Below are positions 28,640-38,651 of a stretch of DNA of 64,000 bases, piece by piece. Source of the DNA: an uncultured Caulobacteraceae bacterium (lineage in GTDB: Bacteria > Pseudomonadota > Alphaproteobacteria > Caulobacterales > Caulobacteraceae); contig CAXTHJ010000004.1 of assembly GCA_964243985.1 (NCBI GenBank), forward strand, positions 26,066 to 90,065, in the 5' to 3' direction. The position numbers and the translations under genes are program-made. The notes under the pieces were generated by a model. That model was given only the letters and a program-made list of their open reading frames with translations. It ran no database searches and was not told the origin of the DNA. Position 1 is the first letter of the stretch, and each line of letters starts with the position of its first letter.

Positions 28640-29386
28640 ATGATGCTCCGCGCCGTTCTTCCCGCCGCTCTTCTTGCGGCCGCCGCTATCGCGCTCCCCA
28701 CCGCCGGATGCAGCCAAAGCGCAAACGATCCCGCCTTCGGCGCCAAGGTGCGCGCCTATCTGATGGCCCACCCCGAAGTGGTGGAGGAGGCCCTGACCAA
28801 GCTCGAAGCCAACAAGGAGGCCAAGGCGGCGCAATCGGCCGGCATCGGCATCATCCGTAATAAGCAGGCGCTTGAGCACGACGCCCGTGATTTTGTGGCC
28901 AATCCAAACGGCCGTATCACCGTGGTGGAGTTCTTCGACTATAAGTGCCCCTACTGCAAAACCTCCGCCGACGCCGTGATCAAGATGATCCACGACAATC
29001 CGGACGTGCGGTTCGTGTTCAAGGAGTTCCCCATTCTGTCGGATACCTCCAACCATGCCGCCACCTATCAGCTGGAGGCGAAAGGGCAGGGGCATTACCT
29101 GGACGTCTTCCAGACCTTCATGCACCAGCCGGGGCTCAGCGATCAGAACGTGGCCGACATCCTGCGGGACAAGGGCGTAGATGTGCAGGCCGTCGACACG
29201 CCATCGGCCCGCACCGAGGTGGGCCAGCATCTCGCCGCCAACCGCCAACTCGCTCACGACGTCGGCGTCGAAGGCACCCCCGCCTTCATCGTCAACGGCA
29301 AGCGCATCGACGGCTGGGTGCCGGAAGATCTGGAAGCCGGCATCGCCGCCGAACGCCACGGCGGCGGCGGTTCGGGCCAGCCTTAA
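28640..29386 (+). CDS. DsbA-family thiol:disulfide oxidoreductase (exported, possible lipoprotein)
   Basis: Thioredoxin-fold active site FDYKCPYCK. Signal sequence MMLRAVLPAALLAAAAIALPTAGCS from ATG 28640. Confidence 0.8.
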   Translation: MMLRAVLPAALLAAAAIALPTAGCSQSANDPAFGAKVRAYLMAHPEVVEEALTKLEANKEAKAAQSAGIGIIRNKQALEHDARDFVANPNGRITVVEFFDYKCPYCKTSADAVIKMIHDNPDVRFVFKEFPILSDTSNHAATYQLEAKGQGHYLDVFQTFMHQPGLSDQNVADILRDKGVDVQAVDTPSARTEVGQHLAANRQLAHDVGVEGTPAFIVNGKRIDGWVPEDLEAGIAAERHGGGGSGQP

Positions 29387-29388
29387 GG

Positions 29389-30204
29389 CTAGATCAAACC
29401 CGCCAGGGGACTGGACGGGTCGGCGTAAAGCTTCTTCGCCATCCGGCCGGCCAGATAGCCTGCCCGGCCGGCGATCACCGCGTGCTTCATGGCGCGGGCC
29501 ATGCGGACCGGATCATTCGCCCCGGCGATGGCGGTGTTCGTCAAGACGGCGTCGCAGCCGAGTTCCATGGCCACAACGGCGTCTGACGGCGTGCCGACGC
29601 CCGCATCCACCAGCACCGGCACCGTCGCCTGCTCCACGATAAGGCGGATATTCACCCGGTTTTGGATGCCAAGGCCCGAACCGATCGGCGCGGCCGCGGG
29701 CATGATGGCGGCGGCGCCCGCCTCCTCCAGCTTCTTGGCGTAGACAACATCGTCGGTGCAGTAGACCATCACGTCGAATCCTTCGGCCACGAGCAGCTTC
29801 AGGGCGCGCAGGGTCTCCTCCATATCGGGATAGAGGTGGGTGGTGTTGGAGAGCACCTCCAGCTTCACCAGCGACCAGCCGCCAGCCTCCCGCGCCAGCC
29901 GGAGCGTCCGCACCGCCTCCTCGCCGGTGAAGCAGCCGGCGGTGTTGGGAAGGTAAGTGAACCGATCCGGCTTCACATAATCCACCAGCATCGGCTTGGA
30001 CGGATCGGATAGATTAACCCGGCGCACCGCCACGGTGACGATCTCCGCCCCCGACGCCTCGGCGGCGGCGGCGTTCAGGGCGTAGTCGGCGTACTTCCCG
30101 GTGCCGATAATTAACCGCGAGGAGAAGGTGCGGCCAGCGACGGTCCAGGTATCCTGCGCAGCGGCGGGTTCGAGGGTTTTGATGGGTGCGTTCATGGGCG
30201 ACAT
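29389..30204 (-). CDS. thiG: Thiazole synthase
   Basis: LIIGTGKY.., YLPNTAGC.., [14 protein letters not shown] motifs typical of ThiG; 271 aa. Confidence 0.9.
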   Translation of the reverse strand: MSPMNAPIKTLEPAAAQDTWTVAGRTFSSRLIIGTGKYADYALNAAAAEASGAEIVTVAVRRVNLSDPSKPMLVDYVKPDRFTYLPNTAGCFTGEEAVRTLRLAREAGGWSLVKLEVLSNTTHLYPDMEETLRALKLLVAEGFDVMVYCTDDVVYAKKLEEAGAAAIMPAAAPIGSGLGIQNRVNIRLIVEQATVPVLVDAGVGTPSDAVVAMELGCDAVLTNTAIAGANDPVRMARAMKHAVIAGRAGYLAGRMAKKLYADPSSPLAGLI

Positions 30205-30304
30205 TTAAACCTCAGAACCGCGCCTCGCCAGTTGTCCTTTTTACTGAAGGCAACTCGACTTCCGACCTGACAACGAGTCAACTTTACCGAAGTAAACGAC
30301 TAGC

Positions 30305-30997
30305 TTAGGTTTTATCCAGCGGACCCAAAAGCAGCAAAAGAGCGAATTGGCCACTTGGGTTGTGAACCTTGCTACGCCAGTCGCGGATGACCTCTGGATG
30401 CACCACGGTCGGCGGCCGCCACGTCACCTTGATTTCCGTCAAAACCTCTTTTCGGACTTCGTCGGTCAGATCAGGCCAATAGTTTAGGGCAAGAACATCT
30501 CTGTCGCCGCAATAAACGGGGTCTAGCGGCGCGACGATAAACGACTTGCGCAAGGCATCCACGCCGGTTGCGTTCAGGTGCGGTCCCTTCAGCGTCTGCA
30601 CGAACGCCAGCCTTAGCCAAGCATCGGTCGCCATGGGAGAAAGGTGGAGTTCTTCCCAAATGGCCGCTTCGGCTTTTTGCTGATGCTCCGGCGAGACTTT
30701 TCCATCGGGTCCAGGTTTGAGATTTTCGAAGGTGATGTTTTCCCAATAGCCGGAGAGCGGTAGAAGCGGCGGTCCCGGCCAGCCGCCGAACAGAGGGACG
30801 ATCTCCCATAAGGCGATGAACGCGAGGGCGGCGGTCGTGAAACCGAAGGCGGCGACGGCGCCGACCATGATCTTGGCGCCGAGCGTCAATGGCTCTGCGG
30901 ATGATTCCCGCGACCGCGAGCGGGATCGCGCCCGTCCCGACCCGCTGGAACTGGCCGAACGGGACCGGCGGCGGGGTGCTAGCGGCTCATCTTGCAT
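30305..30997 (-). CDS. Hypothetical single-pass membrane protein with Arg/Ser-repeat N-terminal tail
   Basis: N-terminus RRRSRSASSSGSGRARSRSRSRESS, one hydrophobic helix (IMVGAVAAFGFTTAALAFIALW), then a roughly 150 aa C-terminal domain with no motif I recognise. Confidence 0.45.
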   Translation of the reverse strand: MQDEPLAPRRRSRSASSSGSGRARSRSRSRESSAEPLTLGAKIMVGAVAAFGFTTAALAFIALWEIVPLFGGWPGPPLLPLSGYWENITFENLKPGPDGKVSPEHQQKAEAAIWEELHLSPMATDAWLRLAFVQTLKGPHLNATGVDALRKSFIVAPLDPVYCGDRDVLALNYWPDLTDEVRKEVLTEIKVTWRPPTVVHPEVIRDWRSKVHNPSGQFALLLLLGPLDKT

Positions 30998-32014
30998 GGG
31001 GAAACTATGCAGATGCTTCGGTACTTTGCCAGTGCAAGTCTTACGCGCTGCCGACAGCTCCGCACTGCGCCGCGTTCACTGCAAGCTACTCGCCCAGCGG
31101 AGACCTTTTCCGAAGCCGCAAGCGGTGCTGTTTCGAAGCCAGTTATATCGATGGTCGATCAGATAAAGTGCAAGTCATAGGAGGATGAGATAACCGTTCA
31201 TCGGCGCTTCAGCTCACGGCGAAGCGCCTTGAGAGGCAAAAACTCCTCCATCGCGAAGGGCATGACAGGCTCGCCTGTTAGGCGTAAAGCACATTGACGT
31301 TGATGCGGCCCGCTAAGAGGCCATGGAGGAACAGCGTAATGGCATATCTTGGTAGCCACCATGTTTTGGTACGTCCCCGGCGTATGCGTCGTCGCTGGGA
31401 CCGAGTTGTTGTCTTCGCCGCCCTTTGCGGCTTCTGGGTCTGCGGGGGACTATCTTTGCTTTGGCACTGAGGCTCAGCGCCAAATCGGCCCGAGCCGGTG
31501 CTTAGCTCTGTCGCTTGAAGCCGTGGCCCACGCCTTAGCTTGGGCCTTCGTGAAAGCGATCCCGCGAGCGCCATACTCGGTGGACCAAAACCAAAGGCAA
31601 AGCCATTGCCGTAGTTTGAAGCTCATCACGCGCTCCTGGAAAACCCGACGACCCCTTCTACCGCACCGCACAAAAAATCATAGGGGGCAACCTTTGATTA
31701 GCGCCGCGAAAACCAGCGGCAGAGCCGCCGGCTGCTATTCGAAGCCAACGTGGCGACGGGCTCCTTTAGCTGCCGCCCGGACGGGGAGGGCGGCGCCGGC
31801 ATGGTTTGTTCAACGCCAAGGATCGGGAATTTAGAGTCCGTCCTGCGCCAAACTAGGCCTTCGTCCCAGGGATCAATCCGTCCACATCTTCATCGCCGGC
31901 TTAGACGGTAATACACCCCTCCTGAACGCCGAGCGCGTGGACAGGACTAAGAAGCCGCCGCGCCTGCCAGGACTAATGACATGGAGCGGATAGGGCTAAG
32001 AACTTAAAGCTAAA

Positions 32015-32449
32015 ATGCGCGTTTTTAAAACACGAGGTCCAGGCGTTATGAAAACTGCCCCCCCTGTATCTTTAGAGCACCGAGCCTTCCGAGCTTGTGT
32101 CGTCTTAGTGACAGCAGCAGTGGGCGTCGGGGCCATGACCTTCAACTTCGGTCTTACTGCTCAAGATCATCGAGATTTGCAATTCGCCCACATTCCGCCC
32201 GTGACCCTGGTGCGGGAGGTGGATAACCCTGACCAAGTCTGCAGGGCTGCGGGTATGAAGACTCCTTTAGGAAGACACATAACATCCTGCACCTACGACA
32301 ACCCGATGCCTAACCAACCCAAAATTGAAGTACTTCCAAACGCCTATGCTTATTGGAGAGCACATCCTGATGATCGCTACGCGCGCATAAAGGCGTGCGA
32401 GGATCAGTGGGCTAACGGCCGACTATGTCTGAAGATAATAGCGCGTTGA
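32015..32449 (+). CDS. Hypothetical exported/membrane-anchored protein
   Basis: ORF only. One hydrophobic segment (ACVVLVTAAVGVGAMTF) and four Cys in the C-terminal part; no recognisable family. Confidence 0.35.
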   Translation: MRVFKTRGPGVMKTAPPVSLEHRAFRACVVLVTAAVGVGAMTFNFGLTAQDHRDLQFAHIPPVTLVREVDNPDQVCRAAGMKTPLGRHITSCTYDNPMPNQPKIEVLPNAYAYWRAHPDDRYARIKACEDQWANGRLCLKIIAR

Positions 32450-32574
32450 TTTGCCGTCTGGATCAAACATAACTTTGATGACGACGCATCGACGAAGGTT
32501 TGAAGACTACTGGTGCAAAGTCCGCCGGCCGTTCTGAAGAAGGTGCAGCTGGATAATGTATCGAAGACGACTAC

Positions 32575-33537
32575 TTAGATAAATGCGCCGTTCGTCTCAG
32601 CAGACCATGCTTCCAAAGCGACCGGAAGGCTAGTGGAGAAGCGATAGCCGTTATCCTGAAGCCACTTGGGTTTGATTTTCGTCGAGTTCACTAACTTCAA
32701 TATTCGTTCGCGATGAACTGGAGATTTCAAGCCCAGATGATTTGCGAGTTCAAAGCTCGACGCCGCCGCCATCATCAGGGGGAAGGGAATGGTCATCGGC
32801 CTTCGTTTCGAACCCATGATGGTTTGAAACGCGTTTACGATGTCCTCTGTAGAAGATTCAGTCGGATACGCGAAGTTGAAGGTTATTAGCGATGCGTTGG
32901 AAGATGACGCAAAATCGATGGCGCTTAGCAGTTCGTCGACATAGCCCCCGCTTTTGATCGTCGACCTTCGCCCCGGATAGGCGAAGATTCCGCGCTGTAA
33001 AGCTCTAGCCAGGAAGGTGTAGTTGCCCCGCTCTCCCGGCCCAAACACAACGCCCGGCCGAACAACCACCAATCTGCGCGATTGCCCTCCAGCCTGCCAG
33101 TCCCGATGGATCAGTTCCGCCATCAGTTTGGATCGACCATAGTCAGAGACGGGCTTTAGCGGAGACTCTTCCGTCATGATGGCCTCTGACGGGCCGTACA
33201 CAGATATTGAGCTGGTGAAAACGATCTCGTTGATCTGGGCCTTATCAGCGAGTTTGGTGAGGTTGAGCGCACCGCGCACGTTGGTGTCGTAATATTCGTG
33301 AGGCGGGTGACCTGGCGTACGGTGGACGGCCGCTAAATTGTAAATTCGGTCTACGCCTTGCCCAAGTTTCTCGTTCAGGGGCTCTCGCACGTCCGCGGAA
33401 AGATAGTCTACATTCGGTAAGGTTTCACGCGGGGGGGCGATGTCGATCGCAATGACTTTTGCCCCGGCGGCCGACAAGCGCCGAGTCAGGCGCGTGCCGA
33501 TGAAGCCGCTTGCTCCAGTCACTATATATTTCGGCAT
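32575..33537 (-). CDS. NAD-dependent epimerase/dehydratase (extended SDR family)
   Basis: Rossmann motif VTGASGFIGTRL and catalytic YxxxK (DYGRSKLMAE). Confidence 0.85.
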   Translation of the reverse strand: MPKYIVTGASGFIGTRLTRRLSAAGAKVIAIDIAPPRETLPNVDYLSADVREPLNEKLGQGVDRIYNLAAVHRTPGHPPHEYYDTNVRGALNLTKLADKAQINEIVFTSSISVYGPSEAIMTEESPLKPVSDYGRSKLMAELIHRDWQAGGQSRRLVVVRPGVVFGPGERGNYTFLARALQRGIFAYPGRRSTIKSGGYVDELLSAIDFASSSNASLITFNFAYPTESSTEDIVNAFQTIMGSKRRPMTIPFPLMMAAASSFELANHLGLKSPVHRERILKLVNSTKIKPKWLQDNGYRFSTSLPVALEAWSAETNGAFI

Positions 33538-33690
33538 CGCATCAGCCCGTCAGCAATTTGGCCGCTTCATAGTCACGTCGGCGTCTCGTGCTCAATCGCA
33601 ATTCTCTGAATTTACAAACGATAATTGCGAGTGCCTTATTTTAATGCCCACAATATTTAGTCTCGGCGACTAAGAGCTTCGAACCAATCC

Positions 33691-34083
33691 CTAGTGCGCG
33701 ACACCGCTGGAACGGTGATGGTCGACCTCTGCAACGTGGAGCGAAGTAGACTGGGGCGCCGCCAGTCTGTCCAATCGGGCCGCGTCGAGGGAAAACGCTT
33801 TCAGTATGGTGATGAGAAAACCGTCGCTGGAATCCATCATGCCCTTTAGGAAGCCCATGGTGAGGCGTGCGGCGCCTTCAAAAATAAACTCGCAGTCCTC
33901 AAAACTGTTGTCGCGGAGTGCAGTGGGATGTTCAGCGCGATAAACCACTTTGCACGCTGTGAAATTACAGCTGTCAAACTCATTGCCGTCTAAGATAACA
34001 ACATCGTTGAAGAAGGTCTGATCTTTGATCCGCATATGCTCAACCCCAAGCAATGTATAATGGAGCGAATTGCATTTGCTCAA
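33691..34083 (-). CDS. Hypothetical protein
   Basis: ORF only; no recognisable motif. A plausible start is the internal ATG at 34035 (MRIKDQTFFND..). Confidence 0.35.
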   Translation of the reverse strand: MSKCNSLHYTLLGVEHMRIKDQTFFNDVVILDGNEFDSCNFTACKVVYRAEHPTALRDNSFEDCEFIFEGAARLTMGFLKGMMDSSDGFLITILKAFSLDAARLDRLAAPQSTSLHVAEVDHHRSSGVAH

Positions 34084-34206
34084 GCCCCGAGGTTATGTCT
34101 AAATTAATTATTGGAAAATCCGAACCCAGACCAACACGTGACGATGACCCACTACACTTGGACCAACTGAAGGCAGGCAACATAACGCAAATGGCTTGGT
34201 TTAACG

Positions 34207-35502
34207 TTAGAACTTAACTGCCAAGGAGCCAATAATCCGGTTTATATTATACTTTGGGCCAGCTTGGGAGCCGCTAGAGTTCTGGTCCATGTGCGCGTAA
34301 GTGAGGTTTAAAGACACCGCACGGTTCATTAAGTAGGCAGCGCCAATCTGTTCACTATCGATTTTGTCTGTTCGACTATAGTTGGAATAATCATCCTCCG
34401 TGTAAGATATTACACCTGTGAGAATGAGATTCCGAAGAAGTTCGTGATCTACCTGCACCGCGGCTGTATTCGCTAAAAATCCACCTACATCTATAATTCC
34501 GGAGTCCTGTACACTGCGAGAACCGGACAAAGTAACGGTGGTTAACTGCGTCGGAAAGTACTCTACCTTACCGCGCAAGGCCAGACCGCTCACATTTTTG
34601 AAGATGCTAGAATTGTCGTAGTCTTGCTCCAAATAGCCGATATAAACTTCGCCGCGCGCCAAGTGCGTCAGGTCAAAGTTTGTGCCGACGGTCAGTTCGT
34701 ATCCACTAGACGTACGTGAAGCTTCGCCTGGCAGTTCATTGCGATATTCGCGATGATTGCCGACCAAGCTGGCTAAGAAAGACATGTCGGGAAGATAGGC
34801 ATATTCAGCCTGTAACGCGCCGACCGCCGCCGTGTGATCTTGATCTTTCTCGTATATCTGTATGCCACTTGTCGTGGCAGCATTATCGTAAGTATAATCG
34901 TCCAAAGAACCCCGCGCGGTCAGGCGAAGGCGGTTAAATTCCTTCGTGCCTTCGAGCCAAGCATCGGCTACGTAATATTGGACCGGATGAGCTGATGATT
35001 GGGGCGATGCTTCGGACGTTCGCGGCTGGGTATCCATTTCATAGCTCGCCCCCCCGGCAAAGCCAAGACCCCGCTGAACATCTAATCGACCGGCGCTCCC
35101 CAGGGCGAAATCTGTAGTATTTTCCGACGTGTGGTCGAAGTAATAGCTGCCATTGATCTTAGCGAATGCCGATACTTGATTGCGCCCCCAGTCGGATACT
35201 ACCGCTACGCTTGGCTGCACGTGAACGATGCCGTCTGACACCTTATCGATGTTGGTAGCGTAAATATTATCGTTGTACTCCAAGCCGGCGGCAATAGTCG
35301 GATTAAAAATAAACGCGCCAACTCTGATCGGAAGGGGATCATATTCCGGCTTGGGTCGCTGAGTAACGGCGATGTTTCGATCACGCGTAAAAAGGCCATC
35401 CCGCAGTAGTGCGGCATCGTCTTGAGCGTCAGCGTCGACAGCATAACCCAAGACAAAAACTGAGGCTGCTGATAGAAGCACTACCCTCGTAAGAAGTCGC
35501 AT
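34207..35502 (-). CDS. Outer-membrane beta-barrel protein (PF10082 / BBP2_2-like, the type found in exopolysaccharide loci)
   Basis: Signal peptide ending AVDADAQD. The N-terminal segment RDRNIAVTQRPKPEYDPLPIRVGAFIFNPTIAAGLEYNDNIY matches my recollection of this family. Alternating-strand composition, C-terminal Phe (SLAVKF). Confidence 0.7.
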   Translation of the reverse strand: MRLLTRVVLLSAASVFVLGYAVDADAQDDAALLRDGLFTRDRNIAVTQRPKPEYDPLPIRVGAFIFNPTIAAGLEYNDNIYATNIDKVSDGIVHVQPSVAVVSDWGRNQVSAFAKINGSYYFDHTSENTTDFALGSAGRLDVQRGLGFAGGASYEMDTQPRTSEASPQSSAHPVQYYVADAWLEGTKEFNRLRLTARGSLDDYTYDNAATTSGIQIYEKDQDHTAAVGALQAEYAYLPDMSFLASLVGNHREYRNELPGEASRTSSGYELTVGTNFDLTHLARGEVYIGYLEQDYDNSSIFKNVSGLALRGKVEYFPTQLTTVTLSGSRSVQDSGIIDVGGFLANTAAVQVDHELLRNLILTGVISYTEDDYSNYSRTDKIDSEQIGAAYLMNRAVSLNLTYAHMDQNSSGSQAGPKYNINRIIGSLAVKF

Positions 35503-35573
35503 CTTAGCTCCCCAACGACCTTCGGCAGAAAATCCCTAGTGCGATAAGACTATGCCCACCGCCAAGTCGATAG

Positions 35574-36068
35574 TCACTGGCTGACGATATAACCGCCGCC
35601 GCCGCCACCGCCTCCCGCGCTGCCGCTTGCCGCCGCAGCACTTCCTGCTGAACTAGCATTTGAATTTCCGCCGGTCGAAGCTGCGGCGGCAGCTTCTTGC
35701 TGAGCCGCGGGGCCGACGATCAACAACACCGCTGCGACAGCCTTACTGACCGGTGAGTTGGGATTGCCGTCATTCATTCCTGAAAGAGCAGCTTGCGCTG
35801 TGATGGCATCAAAGCCGCTGGCCTGCACCGCCGCGCTAATTGCTGCTTGAATGGCAGCTTCTTTTTCGGCCTGTGTTTCATTAGGCGTGAATGCGTCTTG
35901 TGCGCTTTTGATCGCCGCTCGAATGTCGGCCTGAAGTTTGCGGACGTCGGCATCCTTTTGTCGCTGCGCCTTTGGCGTGGCTGCAATCGTGATCGTGGGT
36001 GCGACGATCGTAGCAGTGGCGATGAGACCTAACATAACAACGAACAAGGCGTTAGTTTTGAGCGTCAT
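35574..36068 (-). CDS. Secreted Ala/Gln-rich low-complexity protein with C-terminal Gly8 run
   Basis: Signal peptide MTLKTNALFVVMLGLIATATIVAPTITIAA, an Ala-rich helical region, and the C-terminus SGSAGGGGGGGGYIVSQ. No family recognised. Confidence 0.5.
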   Translation of the reverse strand: MTLKTNALFVVMLGLIATATIVAPTITIAATPKAQRQKDADVRKLQADIRAAIKSAQDAFTPNETQAEKEAAIQAAISAAVQASGFDAITAQAALSGMNDGNPNSPVSKAVAAVLLIVGPAAQQEAAAAASTGGNSNASSAGSAAAASGSAGGGGGGGGYIVSQ

Positions 36069-36646
36069 GGACGGCCTCTCAAAATGCGTCGGTATTTAAG
36101 TTTTTGCTTAACTGAACCGTCGTCAAGGAGTCTATAACATTAACCCAACACGCGAAGATTAGCGTTGAAATGCCACAGATTTAATATCCAAATTGCCGAG
36201 GGCCGAGCAAAGAGAGCAAATTTTACGCAGATTCGTTACGGCGAAATGCTGCTAATGATGATTCAGTGTGTAATAGCCAGCGCGGTCCCAAATGATGCTC
36301 TTCCAAGTCTTGAAAATTCTGAAATACAATCCGTCTAATATGCTCATACGTAAAGCAATTAATTTAAATCGTTCTCGACAAATATATTTCAGGTTGCCGC
36401 GATAAAGAATCGCGCCAGCATAACAGGTTAAATGTTAAATATTATATTTTAGGGAAGCGCCGTTTGTTATTCTAACGAACACAAAAGAGTGAGATGGAGG
36501 GCGAAATTTTTCACGGGATTTCATCTTGTTTTATTGGTTAACGAAATTGTGATACATCTTTCATTGTGAAAACAAATTGTACTCTAGCTTATTGAAGCTC
36601 GGATGTCAGGTTGGGTGATCGTATTCTTTAAATATCGGCGTGTGAT
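36069..36646. promoter_or_regulatory. 578-bp strongly AT-rich divergent intergenic region (probable promoters for both flanking transcription units)
   Basis: No ORF in the track. It lies between divergently oriented genes starting at 36068 (minus) and 36647 (plus), and its base composition is far below the window norm by eye. Confidence 0.4.
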
Positions 36647-38635
36647 ATGGCAAGTCCCCCTTTAAGTTACACACGCCGGCCGTTGCTATTGGCTGCCGCA
36701 GGATCAGTCGGATTGGACGCCCTCCATGCCCCTCCTGTCTGTGCGGCCACGGCAAAAAATCAGGATTCACGAGCGGTAGGACTATTTGTCGAACTTGGCT
36801 CACTTCAACTAGAAGCTGAAGTTAGCGAATTGTGGACGATGGGATATAAAAAAGTTGGAGAGGGGGGCGCTCGCTACGTCCTTTCGTCAAAAACGGGCGC
36901 AACTCTTTATCGAGCCCAATTGGCTGACGGCCGATGGTTTGAGTTATCTGAACCTCAGATATTCGTGGAGATGTTTGGAGCCATAGGCGGCGACGCTGCG
37001 CACGATGATCAACCCGCCATACAAGCGGCCATTGATTATAATGAGGAATATCGCAGTGGCGTGGTGTGGTGCGTATCCGGGCGCGTCTATTACCTCAGTA
37101 AAACCATAACCGTGAACCCGACTCGAACTTCTATTGAAGGGCTATCGGCCATTTGGGATTTTCGGCTGATGCCTGTGGAAGCTATGGATCGGCCGAAAGT
37201 TCCTGAAAAGGGCCCCGCTACGGATGCGGACCGTCAGGCGGCTTGCGTGTTAATTTGCGATCCACCGAGCCCACAAGGAACTCAATATGGTCAGGACAGC
37301 CATTATTGTCGCGGTTTGAAGGTTATCGGGCCGGCCTCGCAACCAGCCTCAGCGGACGGATTTTATTTTGACACCGCAACCGCAGCGTTTTCCAGCCGCT
37401 GGACTTTCTACAACGTTGAGGCAGTGCAAAACCTCGCCCGAGGGCTCGTACTACGAAATCGCAGCTATCTCGCGAAATTCTATGCGTGCGCTTTTGGCGG
37501 CGCAGAGGCGGGGGTGGAGTTTATTCGCGGCGAAGACGCAGGAGAAAATTTCAGCTTCTTTGGTGGCTTTATGGGAAGCAATGGGGGCGCCGCTTTAAAG
37601 AATAACGGGGGTGAATTTTATCTATTCGGCGTTTCCATGGATTTTCCAAAATCTTTCATAGATCAGTCTGCTGGGCAGACCCATTGCTTCGGCTGTCATT
37701 TCGAGACCAATCCGGGTGCGCTGTCCACGCGCAGGCCGTTCGACATCGGGGGCGAGCTTTACATCAACGGCGGGCAGATCATGGGCGGGGCCGCCCTGGA
37801 CGGGTCGCCTATTCCCTATGACTGCTTCTTCCATACCCGCACCAACACCTCGCGGGTCATCCTCAGCAACGTCTGGGGCTATAATTGGCAGGGCGGCGAT
37901 CATGTGATCTGCGGCGGTCCCGGCCGGATCGTCATCGACCGGCTTCTGGGCGGCTGGAACTGGAACATCCCCGGCATCATCAAGCGGGATGCGATCCACA
38001 GCTTGGCTGGGAAGGCGGGGCTTTTTGAGGATAAGGAGGCGAACCTCGATCTTTGGGTGAGCGGGCAGGGGGCGCCCACCCGCGAAAGCCGCGCGCGGGT
38101 GGTGTGGGACGGCCACGACCATGCCGCCGCTGCAGCGCCCGCGACCCGCTTCCTGTCCGCGGAACGGTCGGATAAGGCGGCTCACAGCGGGTCGGGCAGC
38201 CTGGCGATCGTCAAGGCCGGATTTGGCCATGGGTCTGGGGCGGACGTGAGCGTGCTGATCGCCTTTCCCCCGGGTGGCGGCCATCTCAGGTCCTGCGAGT
38301 TCTGGGTGAAGCCCGTGGTCGCCCAGCCGAGCGCGCTCACGGCCCCCCTGTTCACACAACTGCTGTGGGCCAGCGTCATCGGACGAGACGGCTTTGGCGT
38401 GCCGCAGTTCGGCGAAACCCACTATACGGGCGAGGCGAAGCTAACCGTGGATTGCAGCCGCACCGACCATCCCTGGTCGCGCCTGGCCTATGGCGACCCC
38501 ATCTACACCGATCCTTCAGATCCCCTGGGCGGCTACGCCCCCGCCTGGGCCACCCACCTTCTCTTGCGGATCAACCTTGTCAGCCTGCCGCCGATGACAC
38601 TGTATTTGGACGATTTGCATGTGTTTGCGGTGTGA
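36647..38635 (+). CDS. Right-handed beta-helix protein (Pectate_lyase_3 / WcaM-like putative glycanase) with Tat-type signal
   Basis: N-terminus SYTRRPLLLAAAGSVGL is twin-arginine-like. VEMFGAIGGDAAHDDQPAIQAAIDYN..GVVWCVSGRVYYLSKTI matches the PF12708 entry motif (f.GA.GDG..DDt.AiqaAi). Confidence 0.72.
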   Translation: MASPPLSYTRRPLLLAAAGSVGLDALHAPPVCAATAKNQDSRAVGLFVELGSLQLEAEVSELWTMGYKKVGEGGARYVLSSKTGATLYRAQLADGRWFELSEPQIFVEMFGAIGGDAAHDDQPAIQAAIDYNEEYRSGVVWCVSGRVYYLSKTITVNPTRTSIEGLSAIWDFRLMPVEAMDRPKVPEKGPATDADRQAACVLICDPPSPQGTQYGQDSHYCRGLKVIGPASQPASADGFYFDTATAAFSSRWTFYNVEAVQNLARGLVLRNRSYLAKFYACAFGGAEAGVEFIRGEDAGENFSFFGGFMGSNGGAALKNNGGEFYLFGVSMDFPKSFIDQSAGQTHCFGCHFETNPGALSTRRPFDIGGELYINGGQIMGGAALDGSPIPYDCFFHTRTNTSRVILSNVWGYNWQGGDHVICGGPGRIVIDRLLGGWNWNIPGIIKRDAIHSLAGKAGLFEDKEANLDLWVSGQGAPTRESRARVVWDGHDHAAAAAPATRFLSAERSDKAAHSGSGSLAIVKAGFGHGSGADVSVLIAFPPGGGHLRSCEFWVKPVVAQPSALTAPLFTQLLWASVIGRDGFGVPQFGETHYTGEAKLTVDCSRTDHPWSRLAYGDPIYTDPSDPLGGYAPAWATHLLLRINLVSLPPMTLYLDDLHVFAV

Positions 38636-38651
38636 ATTTGCTCGCGCAAAT

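Noticed and set aside
31278-31834. ORFs 31278..31574 (-), 31349..31834 (+) and 31474..31671 (-) as genes
   Set aside because: They overlap each other, have no motifs, and have basic low-complexity products. I keep the region only as a possible decayed or non-coding segment in the findings.
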